Part shown: positions 8,229 to 17,418 of the stretch, in pieces
Layout: every line of letters begins with the position of its first letter
How positions within the stretch are numbered: position 1 is the stretch's first letter
NCBI RefSeq assembly: GCF_024223415.1
Contig: NZ_CP100500.1
Source of the DNA: Escherichia coli
GTDB taxonomy: Bacteria > Pseudomonadota > Gammaproteobacteria > Enterobacterales > Enterobacteriaceae
Length of the DNA: 64,000 nucleotides
Strand: one strand, 5' to 3'
Position numbers and translations under genes: made by a program
The notes under the pieces: model-generated
Databases searched by the model: none
Told to the model about the DNA's origin: nothing
What the model saw: only the letters and a program-made list of their open reading frames with translations

Positions 8229-10463
8229 ATGAGCACGAGAAAATTCAGAACCCTTATCACCGACATCGGGCTGGCAAAGCTGGCCGCAACAACGGCGCCT
8301 GGCGGTAGACCTGTACGCCTTACGCACATGGCTGTAGGGGACGGCAATGGAGAGCTTCGTCAGCCGCAGAAAAACCAGACATCGCTTTACAATGAGGTTT
8401 GGCGCCAGTCTGTCAACCGCGTCTTCACCGACCCGGAGAACCCGAACCGCCTCATCGCCGAACTGGTCATTCCTCCTGAAACCGGCGGATTCTGGGTGCG
8501 TGAAATTGGTGTGTTTGATGATACAGGTACAATGATTGCAGTAGGAAATACCGCTGAAAGTTACAAGCCCACCAGAGAGGAAGGTTCAGGGCGGGCGCAG
8601 ATATTCCGTGCAGTAATCACCGTCACCTCCGACGCCGTGGTGGAACTGGTCATGGACACAACAACAATTCTGCCGACCACGGACTACATTGATGAGAAAA
8701 TAGCGGAACACGCACGTTCCCGTAACCACCCTGACGCGACACTGACAGAAAAAGGATTCACCCAACTGAGCAGCGCCACAAACAGCACCTCTGAAACACT
8801 GGCCGCCACACCGAAGGCCGTCAAGGCTGCATATGACCTTGCAGCCGGTAAAGCACCCGCCAGCCACACCCACCCGTGGAATCAGATAACAGGTGTGCCA
8901 TCAGCCTCGCTGACGGCAAAAGGCACCGTACAGCTGAGCAGTGCCACAAACAGTGAGTCAGAGACTGAGGCCGCCACCCCCAAAGCGGTTAAAGCCTTAC
9001 ACGATATGGTGACGAGCAAGTATACAGGACAGGATGCAACCACCGGACGCAAAGGCATCGTACAGCTGAGCAGCGCCACAAACAGCAATTCCGAAACACT
9101 GGCGGCCACACCGAAGGCAGTAAGTGATGCACTGAGCATGGCGTTCGTGAAGCCAACAACATCCCTGGGGGAAACAGACCTGAACACTCTGGGGAGTAAG
9201 GAAGACGCGGGAGATTATTACCAGCAGAGTGACTCAGGTGCGAGAACAGACAGAAACTATCCTGTAGAGAAGGCAGGAGAGTTACGCATCCGTGTTGGTG
9301 CATGGGGATTCTGCCAGCATGAATACACGAGCTGGGATCCGCCACGAAAATTTATCAGGACAGTTACCGGAAACTTTAACGGTAACGGCCCATGGTCAGA
9401 GTGGGTGGAGGTGACAAACACAGATGCAACAACTGGACGCAAAGGCATCGTACAGCTGAGCAGCGATACAAACAGCAATTCCGAAACGCTGGCGGCCACA
9501 CCAAGAGCCGTCAAGGCTGCATATGACCTTGCAGCCGGTAAAGCACCCGCCAGCCACACCCACCCGTGGAATCAGATAACAGGTGTGCCATCAGCCTCGC
9601 TGACGGCAAAAGGCACCGTACAGCTGAGCAGTGCCACAAACAGTGAGTCAGAGACTGAGGCCGCCACCCCCAAAGCGGTTAAAGCCTTACACGATATGGT
9701 GACGAGCAAGTATACAGGACAGGATGCAACCACCGGACGCAAAGGCATCGTACAGCTAAGCAGCGCCACAAACAGCAATTCCGAAACGCTGGCGGCCACA
9801 CCAAAAGCTGTTAAAGCTGCGTATGACCTTGCCAACAGCAAAGCCTCGGCAGCCCACACTCATCGCTGGGCTCAGATCACAGACGCCCCTGTTTTTTCGT
9901 CTGTTGCCCGCGTCATCATGGGTAAACAAAGCATAAAAGATATTCTTGATTACCTTGGTTTAGGAGAAGGCTCGACGCTGCCAGTTGGCGTACCCGTTCC
10001 GTGGCCTTCGTCAAGACCACCTGAGGGGTGGTTACAGTGCAACGGTGCCGCATTCACGCGTACAAAATACCCAAAACTGGCGGTGGCCTACCCTGACCTC
10101 AGGCTACCAGATTTGCGCGGGGAATTTATTCGTGGATGGGATGACCTGCGAATGATTGACAGGGGACGCTTATTGTTATCCACACAGGAAGCAACATATA
10201 TTTGTACCGCCATACAGGCGTACCACGGCGTAGCGGGAGGTGCAGATATTCAGGCAGGGATTTCATTTGCATCACATGATAACGACATCATAAACATAAC
10301 CCCTGATCAACCCAGAACCGGTAACGGCATCCTGTACGGCACAAAACCAGTTGACAGATGGGCAATAGCCAGAGCCGGTAAGCTGGTGAGTAATGAAAAA
10401 GACAGATGGATAGCGATCAGACCGCGCAATATCGCTTTTAATTATATTGTGAGGGCAGTTTAA
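8229..10463 (+). CDS. H: tail fibre protein, P2 gpH N-terminus with a mosaic distal part
   Basis: The first ~200 aa are colinear with remembered P2 gpH (KFRT.IT..G.AKLAA.TAPG..., AELVIPPE.GGFW.RE.G..DD.GT.IAV.N.AESYKP). Six QLSSATNS.SET.AATPKAV repeats. C-terminal tail-collar-type motif PEGWLQCNGAAF...YPKLAVAYP...LPDLRGEFIRGWD. Confidence 0.9.
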   Translation: MSTRKFRTLITDIGLAKLAATTAPGGRPVRLTHMAVGDGNGELRQPQKNQTSLYNEVWRQSVNRVFTDPENPNRLIAELVIPPETGGFWVREIGVFDDTGTMIAVGNTAESYKPTREEGSGRAQIFRAVITVTSDAVVELVMDTTTILPTTDYIDEKIAEHARSRNHPDATLTEKGFTQLSSATNSTSETLAATPKAVKAAYDLAAGKAPASHTHPWNQITGVPSASLTAKGTVQLSSATNSESETEAATPKAVKALHDMVTSKYTGQDATTGRKGIVQLSSATNSNSETLAATPKAVSDALSMAFVKPTTSLGETDLNTLGSKEDAGDYYQQSDSGARTDRNYPVEKAGELRIRVGAWGFCQHEYTSWDPPRKFIRTVTGNFNGNGPWSEWVEVTNTDATTGRKGIVQLSSDTNSNSETLAATPRAVKAAYDLAAGKAPASHTHPWNQITGVPSASLTAKGTVQLSSATNSESETEAATPKAVKALHDMVTSKYTGQDATTGRKGIVQLSSATNSNSETLAATPKAVKAAYDLANSKASAAHTHRWAQITDAPVFSSVARVIMGKQSIKDILDYLGLGEGSTLPVGVPVPWPSSRPPEGWLQCNGAAFTRTKYPKLAVAYPDLRLPDLRGEFIRGWDDLRMIDRGRLLLSTQEATYICTAIQAYHGVAGGADIQAGISFASHDNDIINITPDQPRTGNGILYGTKPVDRWAIARAGKLVSNEKDRWIAIRPRNIAFNYIVRAV
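8817..9105. repeat. ~290-bp direct repeat inside gpH, copy 1
   Basis: Near-identical by eye to 9507-9795 (offset 690 bp), e.g. tcaaggctgcatatgaccttgcagccggtaaagcacccgccagccacacc occurs at 8821 and 9511. Confidence 0.85.
9507..9795. repeat. ~290-bp direct repeat inside gpH, copy 2
   Basis: See copy 1. The two copies bracket 9106-9506, which encodes a knob-like domain. Confidence 0.85.
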
Positions 10464-11074
10464 TGAGTAACACTGCAGTTCTGGATGAAAACGGTATCGC
10501 CACTTTCGCAGGCGATATCACTGTATATCACTATGATGAGGAAACCCGGGAATACACCTCATCCTCTGTGGAGTATCTGGCCCTGGGGGTGGGTACCCCG
10601 GCACATTCATGCGCCGATGCCCCGCCAGAGGCAATGCCGGGTTACGTGATTTGCCGGACGTCCACGCTGGACGGGTGGGAGTATGTCCCCGATCATCGTG
10701 GAGAGACGGTATACAGCACAGAGAACGGTAATCCGGTCCAGATTACCCAACCAGGTGACTACCCGGAAGGGACAACGACAAAACAGCCTGCCACACCATG
10801 GGATACCTGGAACGGTGAGGCGTGGGTAACCGATACAGAACGGCAGCAAGCCGAAGAGCTGGAGGTTGCCAGACAGCAACGCAAGGAACGGGTGGATCAG
10901 GCGATGAAGTCCATCGACCTCATCAACCTTAAGTTGCGGGCAGGTCGCAGTCTGACACCAGAAGAAACGGCAAAACTGAATGCCGTGCTGGATTATATCG
11001 ACGAGCTGAACGCACTGGATATCAGCACGGAGCCTGAAATAAGCTGGCCGGAAACACCACCAGAAATGGAATGA
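10463..11074 (+). CDS. G: tail fibre assembly chaperone (P2 gpG / Tfa family)
   Basis: TAATG overlap with the gpH stop. 203 aa with the typical Tfa features (W.W....W......) and a C-terminal coiled-coil-like part. Confidence 0.8.
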   Translation: MSNTAVLDENGIATFAGDITVYHYDEETREYTSSSVEYLALGVGTPAHSCADAPPEAMPGYVICRTSTLDGWEYVPDHRGETVYSTENGNPVQITQPGDYPEGTTTKQPATPWDTWNGEAWVTDTERQQAEELEVARQQRKERVDQAMKSIDLINLKLRAGRSLTPEETAKLNAVLDYIDELNALDISTEPEISWPETPPEME

Positions 11075-11117
11075 GCGGGGAAAAGGAACGGGCATTCATA
11101 AATAATTCATCATGCAG

Positions 11118-11137
11118 GTGCCGCAAGAATGCGGCAC
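11118..11137. terminator. hairpin between the convergent gpG and gpU genes
   Basis: GTGCCGCA-agaa-TGCGGCAC, a perfect 8-bp stem, lies between two convergent stop codons (11074 and 11145). There is no strong T-run. Confidence 0.45.
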
Positions 11138-11144
11138 ATTACCT

Positions 11145-11633
11145 TCACATCAGATCATTTACGCCGCTTACTGTGGTATTCCAGACCGAACTTAACTTCC
11201 CTTTCATTCCCGAAAGCATATCAGACACCGGTGACGAGGCCATACTCTCCCGCAAATCCTCATCACAGCGTTCCAGACTGACAGTGAACTCAATTTTTTT
11301 GGCCTTACCGTGGCGGTCAAGTTCGCTTCGCGTTGTGCGGACAGCCGTTATCACATACATGCCGTATATCTGCCCCACACCGTCAATCAGCGGCCATGGG
11401 CGACCAGTGTAAGCCTGCGTCGTTAAAAGGCTGAGGGAAACCTCACCGCCGGTAATTTCGGGATAAAGCACACCGGACAACGTGATCTGGTCGTCACCCG
11501 CCCCGATATACTGCCAGCTGGCCGAACGATTGATGCGTTCATTTTTAACGTGGCGCCAGGTTTTATTATGTTGCAGTTGTTGATGAGGCAGCGTACGCAA
11601 CTCAAAAACAAACATGCCGTAAATCATCATCAT
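11145..11633 (-). CDS. U: tail protein, P2 gpU family
   Basis: FVFELRTLPHQQL...WRHVKNERI...ITLSGVLYPEITGG...GRPWPLIDGVGQIYGMYVI is colinear with remembered P2 gpU. Confidence 0.85.
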   Translation of the reverse strand: MMMIYGMFVFELRTLPHQQLQHNKTWRHVKNERINRSASWQYIGAGDDQITLSGVLYPEITGGEVSLSLLTTQAYTGRPWPLIDGVGQIYGMYVITAVRTTRSELDRHGKAKKIEFTVSLERCDEDLRESMASSPVSDMLSGMKGKLSSVWNTTVSGVNDLM

Positions 11634-11644
11634 GCGAGGTACTC

Positions 11645-14600
11645 CTAATCTCTGTCACGGAAACTACCGACTGTCTGGCGGATACGGCGTTCCATTTCCG
11701 CACGGACGGCATCACCCACCATTTTTGCCAGTTCGCGCGGGTTTTGCGTGTGAACATCATGCAGGTGAATATGCAGTTCGCCAGTTAATCCCCATGGTGC
11801 CGCCTCACTCTGGCGCGGTCGGGGCGATGCGGGGGATATGGGCTGGCGCACAGCCTCAACCACCGGACGGGATGTTGCCGCCATCACTGGTGTCATTAGC
11901 GGGGAGAACGTCGGCATGACATCGTGAGTCATAACCGGTTTGATCACCGGCGGAACCACTGGCGTAATATTACCGGACAGTACCGGACGGACGACCGGAG
12001 GAATAACCGGCACATTATTCACGGACACCACCGGCTTCACGACCGGCGACACGTTCGCCGTGGTGGATATCAGCGGCGAAACACTGACAGGCGGTGGCGC
12101 TGGCAGCGGTGGCAACGAAGGCACACTGACCGACGGCACCTGCGGCAGTCTGACAGGTGGCTCACTGACACTACCCGGTAACAGGGAAGCTGCGCGGTTA
12201 AAGCGTTCCTCCTTCCACTCACCACGAACGGCCAGCGCTTCCGGCAGGTTTTTAAAGATAATATCGCCGGGACCAGCGCGTTTTTTCGCCTGTTTCGCCT
12301 CATCCAGCAGACCACCGGTGTTATCGACGATTTTGTTCAGGCGGCGCATAGTGCCGGTATTCTCCCCCGTCAGGGGTGGTTGCCCCCCTTTGGGTTTTTC
12401 GCCGTATTTTTTATCCTCGTCCTTTTTCGGCGGATTAATGACGTTAACATCCGCCAGAAGCATGGCAGCTTTCTCGTTCAGCAACTCCTTCTGTTTTAGT
12501 TCTTCCGCTTTTTTCCGGGCGCGCTCAACCGCTGACGGAATCAGCCCGAGTTTTTCCAGCACCCGGGTTAATGAGTCAATCAGCAGCGTAACCGGACCGG
12601 TCACCAGATTGCTGATAAACTCCCCGACCTTCTGCCCGAACGTCCGCCCGGCTTCCGTGCACTTGTCCAGCTCATCCTTTGTTGTGCTTACCGGCGCGAA
12701 CAAATCCACGAACCACTGCCACACACGCCCGATTGTCTGCCCGACATACTCAAACAATGGTCCCAGTGGTGCCACAGCCTCGCGCAGTGGCGTAAGCCCC
12801 TGCCACAGGCCGGACAAGAACCCGCCCACGACAGCCTTCAGCTGGTCCCAGTGCCGCCAGATAAGCACTGCCGCACCGACCAGTGTCGCCACCACAAGGC
12901 CCACCGGACTTAACAGAAAACCCAGCGCCCCGCCAAGTGCGCCCACCGCACCACTCACCATCCCCCACAGTGCGGGCAGACCTGACAGTCTGAGCGCCAG
13001 TATTCCGATACCGCGCCCCAGTGAAATCAGTGCGCCGCCAGGTGAAGTGAACGCAGCCAGCAGACCACCACGCAGCGCGCCAAGTCCCGCCTGCACACCA
13101 CGAAGCCGCCCCGCAACTACGCCCAGCAGTGCAGCAAACCGTCCGGCACCGGAGGTGATACCGACAAACAGCACGCGCCAGCCACCGATACCGCCCAGCG
13201 GACCACCGAGTACGCCGCGCAGCTGCGTCAGTAACGGCAGCGCACGACCGAGGCCGGATGTGCCGGTCAGCAGGGCAAACCCAAGACGCAGTTTTGCCAG
13301 CGGCCCCATCAACACACCAGTGGCAAGTGACAGCGCCCCCATGGCCGCAACCGCAGCCAGCAGTACACCACCGGCAATCAGCAGTTGTTTTGTCAGTTCA
13401 GGGTGCGCCTGAGCCAGCGCGGTGACTTTCGCAATAACCCGGGTGAACGACTGCGTGACAGAACGCAGCGGCCCGTCAACGAGGTCAGCGATACGGATAC
13501 GCAGTCCTTCCCATGCGCTGTTCAGTGATTTCAGGTCACCGTCCAGGTTATCAACCATAACACGGGCAGTCTGATTAAGTTCCCCGGTGGCCAGTTCAAT
13601 CTCCTGCGTAAGACGGGGAAGATTATTTTCCCCCGCCGCAGTGACAAGATTCATCAGGGAAACATAGGACTCCTGCCCGGCAATAGCCCTGAAAAAGGAG
13701 ACCTGCGCGGCATTACCGTATTTTCGGGTGGCCTGGTACAGCTCATTCAGGATATTTTCCATCCGGCGCATGTTCCCGTAAGCATCCTGCGTCTCCACGC
13801 CAAGCTCTTTCAGTGCCATTGCAGCGGCCTTCGGCGGATCAACCAGACGTGACAGACTGGCACGCAGCGCCGTACCTGCATCACTTCCACGGATCCCCAC
13901 ACTGCCAAGGACACCCGTCATGGCTGCCGCCTGTTCAAGGGACAGGCCAAGTGAAGCTGCAACCGGCCCCGTGTACTTCATGGTTTCACCCAGCGAACGG
14001 AGATCCGTATTGGTTCGTGTGAAGGTGGCGGCCAGCGTGTCACCCACGCGATCCATCTGGTCAGCGGACAGACCAAACTGTGTGAGGATATTCGAACTGA
14101 TATCGGCAGTCTGTCCCAGGTCCATCCCTGCAGCCATTGCCAGATCAAGCACGCCGGGTAGCGCCGCCTGTATGGCCTGTGGTGTGAAGCTGGCCATGGC
14201 AAGGAACGCCTGACCGCTGGCAGCATCACCGGCGGTAAACTGCGTTTCAGAGCCCAGCTTAATGGCCTGTTCGCGCAGCGCCTTAAACTGCGGACTGTTT
14301 TTGTCAATACGGGTCAGCGCCTGGACGCGCGACATCTCCTTACCAAAACTGACCGCCGGTTGCAGGAAACGTCCGGCCGCATAGCCGCCTGCCGCCGCCG
14401 TACCAACCGCCGTAAGTCCGACCGTTTTAAGTTTTCCCGCCGTCTCCTGAGCACGGGAATATTGCTGGCGTGCCTGCGTGACACGTGCCAGCGCCTGCCG
14501 TTCGCGTTCCAGCTGGTCGTTGTATTGCTGTGTTCGCCGTATGGCCTGTTGAATGGTGTTGTCACTGCCGGAAAGCGCAATACCGTGGCGCCGCAGCTCA

Positions 14601-14956
14601 CCACCCAGTTCGCGCATTCGCTGAACTTCACGCGCACGGACCTCATTGAGACGCTCAAGTTTGAGGCTCAAATCGTTCATCAGCTTTTTCTGTTTGTCAG
14701 ACAGCACGGTTCCGGCGCGCTGAATTTGCTGAAGTGCGCTTAACTGGCGTTGCGCCCTGACAATGCCGTTTCCGGCCTTGTTTGCAGCCTCGCGGGCGCG
14801 ATCAAATGAACGGGCGTGGCGTTCCAGGTTTTTGATCGCACCCTGCGTTCTCTGTATGGAGTCGCCAAGCTGGCCCATCATGCGACGGGCGTTTTCGGTG
14901 GGACGGGTCAGCCTGTCAACAGCGCTGAAGGCGACCCGTATATCAAGCGTTTTCAT
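11645..14956 (-). CDS. T: tail tape measure protein, P2 gpT family
   Basis: About 1100 aa: coiled-coil N-terminus, central Gly/Ala-rich TM-like region and a P/V-rich C-terminal repeat region. The ATG at 14956 overlaps the E' stop as in P2; the ORF-track GTG at 14992 is less likely. Confidence 0.85.
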   Translation of the reverse strand: MKTLDIRVAFSAVDRLTRPTENARRMMGQLGDSIQRTQGAIKNLERHARSFDRAREAANKAGNGIVRAQRQLSALQQIQRAGTVLSDKQKKLMNDLSLKLERLNEVRAREVQRMRELGGELRRHGIALSGSDNTIQQAIRRTQQYNDQLERERQALARVTQARQQYSRAQETAGKLKTVGLTAVGTAAAGGYAAGRFLQPAVSFGKEMSRVQALTRIDKNSPQFKALREQAIKLGSETQFTAGDAASGQAFLAMASFTPQAIQAALPGVLDLAMAAGMDLGQTADISSNILTQFGLSADQMDRVGDTLAATFTRTNTDLRSLGETMKYTGPVAASLGLSLEQAAAMTGVLGSVGIRGSDAGTALRASLSRLVDPPKAAAMALKELGVETQDAYGNMRRMENILNELYQATRKYGNAAQVSFFRAIAGQESYVSLMNLVTAAGENNLPRLTQEIELATGELNQTARVMVDNLDGDLKSLNSAWEGLRIRIADLVDGPLRSVTQSFTRVIAKVTALAQAHPELTKQLLIAGGVLLAAVAAMGALSLATGVLMGPLAKLRLGFALLTGTSGLGRALPLLTQLRGVLGGPLGGIGGWRVLFVGITSGAGRFAALLGVVAGRLRGVQAGLGALRGGLLAAFTSPGGALISLGRGIGILALRLSGLPALWGMVSGAVGALGGALGFLLSPVGLVVATLVGAAVLIWRHWDQLKAVVGGFLSGLWQGLTPLREAVAPLGPLFEYVGQTIGRVWQWFVDLFAPVSTTKDELDKCTEAGRTFGQKVGEFISNLVTGPVTLLIDSLTRVLEKLGLIPSAVERARKKAEELKQKELLNEKAAMLLADVNVINPPKKDEDKKYGEKPKGGQPPLTGENTGTMRRLNKIVDNTGGLLDEAKQAKKRAGPGDIIFKNLPEALAVRGEWKEERFNRAASLLPGSVSEPPVRLPQVPSVSVPSLPPLPAPPPVSVSPLISTTANVSPVVKPVVSVNNVPVIPPVVRPVLSGNITPVVPPVIKPVMTHDVMPTFSPLMTPVMAATSRPVVEAVRQPISPASPRPRQSEAAPWGLTGELHIHLHDVHTQNPRELAKMVGDAVRAEMERRIRQTVGSFRDRD

Positions 14957-15469
14957 GCTCTGCGTTCCCGCTGCGAAGGGCCGCCCGCTCACGCCAGGCG
15001 ACCACCTCGCCGGGATCCATCAGGAAGATTTCAGCGGGAGACCAGTTGAAAATAACGGCGATATCCGCCACAAAGTCTTCAATGTGCTCAAAGGGCACGA
15101 CGGTTATCAGCCTGCCGTCGCCGCCCCGCTCTTCCCGCCAGAGTCCTGACCGGCCAAAAAATTAACCGCCACCCCGCACAGCTGAATAAAATCAGCGGAC
15201 CCCATGCGCTTAAGCAGAACCTCGTCCAGTCGCGGCGAAGTGACGCGCGGGAGTAACTCAAACATCGCGTCCGTTTTCATGTTCAGCACGTCAAGCAGTG
15301 ACAGCCCGCGCAGTGAACCGGCCTGCTGTACAGCAGGCGTGATTTCCACATACGTGATTTTTTTGTTACCGAGCACAAGGGGCGTTTTCAGCGTCACGCC
15401 GCGCTCACTGGTCACGTCCGCCGCATCAGCACCGTCAGTAACAGGGGCAACAACCGGATTTTCTTTCAT
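14943..15469 (-). CDS. E': tail assembly chaperone E+E' (programmed -1 frameshift product)
   Basis: After the slippery TTTTTTG the -1 frame stays open to the TGA at 14943-14945. It encodes ...PFEHIEDFVADIAVIFNWSPAEIFLMDPGEVVAWRERAALRSG..., the usual E' tail. Confidence 0.75.
15107..15469 (-). CDS. E: tail assembly chaperone, P2 gpE family
   Basis: GAGG SD. LRGLSLLDVLNMKTDAMFELLPRVTSP resembles P2 gpE (LRGVSLAAVANSEVDALIKVLPRMTAP). Confidence 0.85.
   Translation of the reverse strand: MKENPVVAPVTDGADAADVTSERGVTLKTPLVLGNKKITYVEITPAVQQAGSLRGLSLLDVLNMKTDAMFELLPRVTSPRLDEVLLKRMGSADFIQLCGVAVNFLAGQDSGGKSGAATAG
15155..15161 (-). other. -1 ribosomal frameshift slippery heptamer T TTT TTG
   Basis: Plus strand reads CAAAAAA, which is TTTTTTG on the coding strand near the end of gpE. 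This is the same heptamer as the P2 E/E' site. Confidence 0.75.
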
Positions 15470-15519
15470 GCATAAAACCTCAAATCAGGGGGCGACGCCG
15501 CGCGCCGCCGTGGGAAACA

Positions 15520-16038
15520 TTAACCACCAAGACCAATCGCCGAGCGCACGCGGTCCGGGAAGACGTTTTTGCCGTCCTTGCGTTCGATGTGGTTCAGTAA
15601 ATCAATCTCCAGCACCGGACGGTCGTTAATGCTGAGTTTGTAGTAGGTACTCCTGACCGCATAGGTGTGAGACGTGACCTCACCCTGTTTTGCCTCCCCC
15701 GTATCAATTTCCGTCACGCGGCCGCGAAGCTCAATTTCATACAGGTCGCTCTGCTCTTCATCGTTGTAGTACTCACCGACAAAGCGCAGCAGCGTACCGT
15801 CGATCGTGCCGCCGTACTTAAGGAACAGTTCGCGGGTCGGCCCGCCCATGGTGAAACTCGCATCCAGCGCGCCGTCATCCAGACCAAGGTCGATATTCAC
15901 CGCGCCGGCCATACCACCACCGCGATAGGCTTCCGTTTTACGGGTCAGTTTGGGGGGCGTGAAGCCGGTCACCCTGCCAATCTGGTTCACCCCGTCAGTA
16001 AACAGCGTGAACACCCTGAGATTTTTTGGTACGGCCAT
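15520..16038 (-). CDS. FII: tail tube protein, P2 gpFII family
   Basis: 172 aa, the same length as P2 FII. TAATG overlap with the sheath stop. Confidence 0.9.
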   Translation of the reverse strand: MAVPKNLRVFTLFTDGVNQIGRVTGFTPPKLTRKTEAYRGGGMAGAVNIDLGLDDGALDASFTMGGPTRELFLKYGGTIDGTLLRFVGEYYNDEEQSDLYEIELRGRVTEIDTGEAKQGEVTSHTYAVRSTYYKLSINDRPVLEIDLLNHIERKDGKNVFPDRVRSAIGLGG

Positions 16039-17321
16039 TAAGCACCTCCAAGCGTCGCAAATGCAGGACCAAAGAATTCATCAGTAAACGTCTGGTAAAG
16101 TTCCATATCCTCAAGCGGCGGAACGGGCGTGTACTTGTAGCGGATACGCACGCGTCCCTGACGAAGTTCCGTGGTGCTGTTATCCACCACGTCATACCAG
16201 CACTCCGCACCAATGAGACGTCCTGACGTAACCAGCGCATCCAGTTTTGCGCGAATTGCGCTTAACACGTCTTTCACATTAGCAGGGGTCAGCGGGGCAT
16301 CAATCGTTTCAAACTGCGCTTCCGCAATGGAATCAGCCAGCACCTGAGCGGTTCGCGTGTACACCTCAAAGATATACGCCTTCGTTTCCGGCGTACGGTT
16401 GCCCCAGAAGCGGAAACCGTTACGGCAAATGATGGTAGTGATTTCCTTGTTGTTGAGATTGTTGGCATCGCTGTCTTCGGACTGAAGGGACCAGAACACC
16501 GGGCTGGAAATACCCAGCACATTTGTTACCGGCACGTTGGACAGCGATTTATGCCAGCCCTGTTCGTGGTCAATACGTGCACGTAAACCGCAGGCGTACG
16601 CCGCAGCCGGGAAGACCTCATTAGCGCCGGATTTCGGGTTATAGGCGATGAAGTCAGGCCAGAGCAGCATAAGTTCGCGCTCGTTAAATCTGGCGCGGTA
16701 GCTGATTGCATCAGCGGGCTTCTTGCAGTTGTGACAGCCCGCGTAGACAAATGCGCGAAGTTTTTCTGCAATTACACACAGGGATTTTGTGACAGCTTCA
16801 GTATCCAGTCCGGGAGCTGCGATGATGCGCGGACGGTAACCGATGGCATCATCCTGTTCAGCTATCAGAAGTGCATACATACCGGTATAATTACCGTCGC
16901 CATCCGTGCCACCAATGACATACTGGTCCTGCGTTTTGTGTGGGTATACAGGATGTGCATCTTCAGACTCATCAATACCAAAAAATGCCCTGTCTTCAGG
17001 ATCCAGATGACCGAATGATGTAACTCCTGTATCCGGGGCGCCCTGAGAACTGGTATCAGGAACGCGCACCACAATCACCTTCGTGCTCACCTGGTCGGCG
17101 ACAGCCTTAAGCGATTTGTAAAGCGTCCCCTTTGTGCCGGCCTTACCCAGCACATCACTGACGCGGGTCAGCAGTGTGGGTTTGTTCAGCGGGAACAGAG
17201 TTTCATCCGCGTCATCTGCCGTAGCCACAATACCAATAACACTGGAATCCACATCATTAATGGCGGTGGCAAGGCCGGTACTTTCCCTTACGCGCGCACC
17301 ATGAAAGCGTGTTTCACTCAT
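16038..17321 (-). CDS. FI: contractile tail sheath protein, P2 gpFI family
   Basis: MSETRFHGARV...IGIVATADDADETLFPLNKPTLLTRV...AGTKGTLYKSLKAVADQ is colinear with the remembered P2 FI N-terminus. The 49-codon upstream extension in the ORF track is rejected. Confidence 0.9.
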   Translation of the reverse strand: MSETRFHGARVRESTGLATAINDVDSSVIGIVATADDADETLFPLNKPTLLTRVSDVLGKAGTKGTLYKSLKAVADQVSTKVIVVRVPDTSSQGAPDTGVTSFGHLDPEDRAFFGIDESEDAHPVYPHKTQDQYVIGGTDGDGNYTGMYALLIAEQDDAIGYRPRIIAAPGLDTEAVTKSLCVIAEKLRAFVYAGCHNCKKPADAISYRARFNERELMLLWPDFIAYNPKSGANEVFPAAAYACGLRARIDHEQGWHKSLSNVPVTNVLGISSPVFWSLQSEDSDANNLNNKEITTIICRNGFRFWGNRTPETKAYIFEVYTRTAQVLADSIAEAQFETIDAPLTPANVKDVLSAIRAKLDALVTSGRLIGAECWYDVVDNSTTELRQGRVRIRYKYTPVPPLEDMELYQTFTDEFFGPAFATLGGA

Positions 17322-17394
17322 ATGTTTCACCCTTGTCTGGCTGGTTGATTTTGCGTAATCATTACCCACACACGCGGTAATCTCACCCCTTTGA

Positions 17395-17418
17395 TGTTGT
17401 CTCCTGACAGCGACAACA
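17395..17418. promoter_or_regulatory. Ogr/Delta-type late-promoter activator site (TGT-N12-ACA dyad)
   Basis: TGTTGTC-tcctgacagc-GACAACA. The inner TGT (17398-17400) and ACA (17413-17415) are exactly 12 bp apart. It lies in the divergent FI/D intergenic region, about 55 bp upstream of a plausible FI transcription start. Confidence 0.55.

Noticed and set aside
11075-11144. Search for inverted repeats at the two junctions of the inverted tail block
   Set aside because: Only TCATGCA and GAATG are shared between 11075-11144 and the reverse complement of 17322-17482. This is too weak to claim a recombination site, so the mechanism is left open.
11940-13412. 490-aa ORF on the plus strand, plus neighbouring plus-strand ORFs (11924-12181, 13813-14213)
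   Set aside because: It is antisense to the tape measure gene. The translation is low-complexity (S/P/R/T-rich) with no start context, a typical shadow ORF of a GC-rich gene whose own product has clear gpT features.
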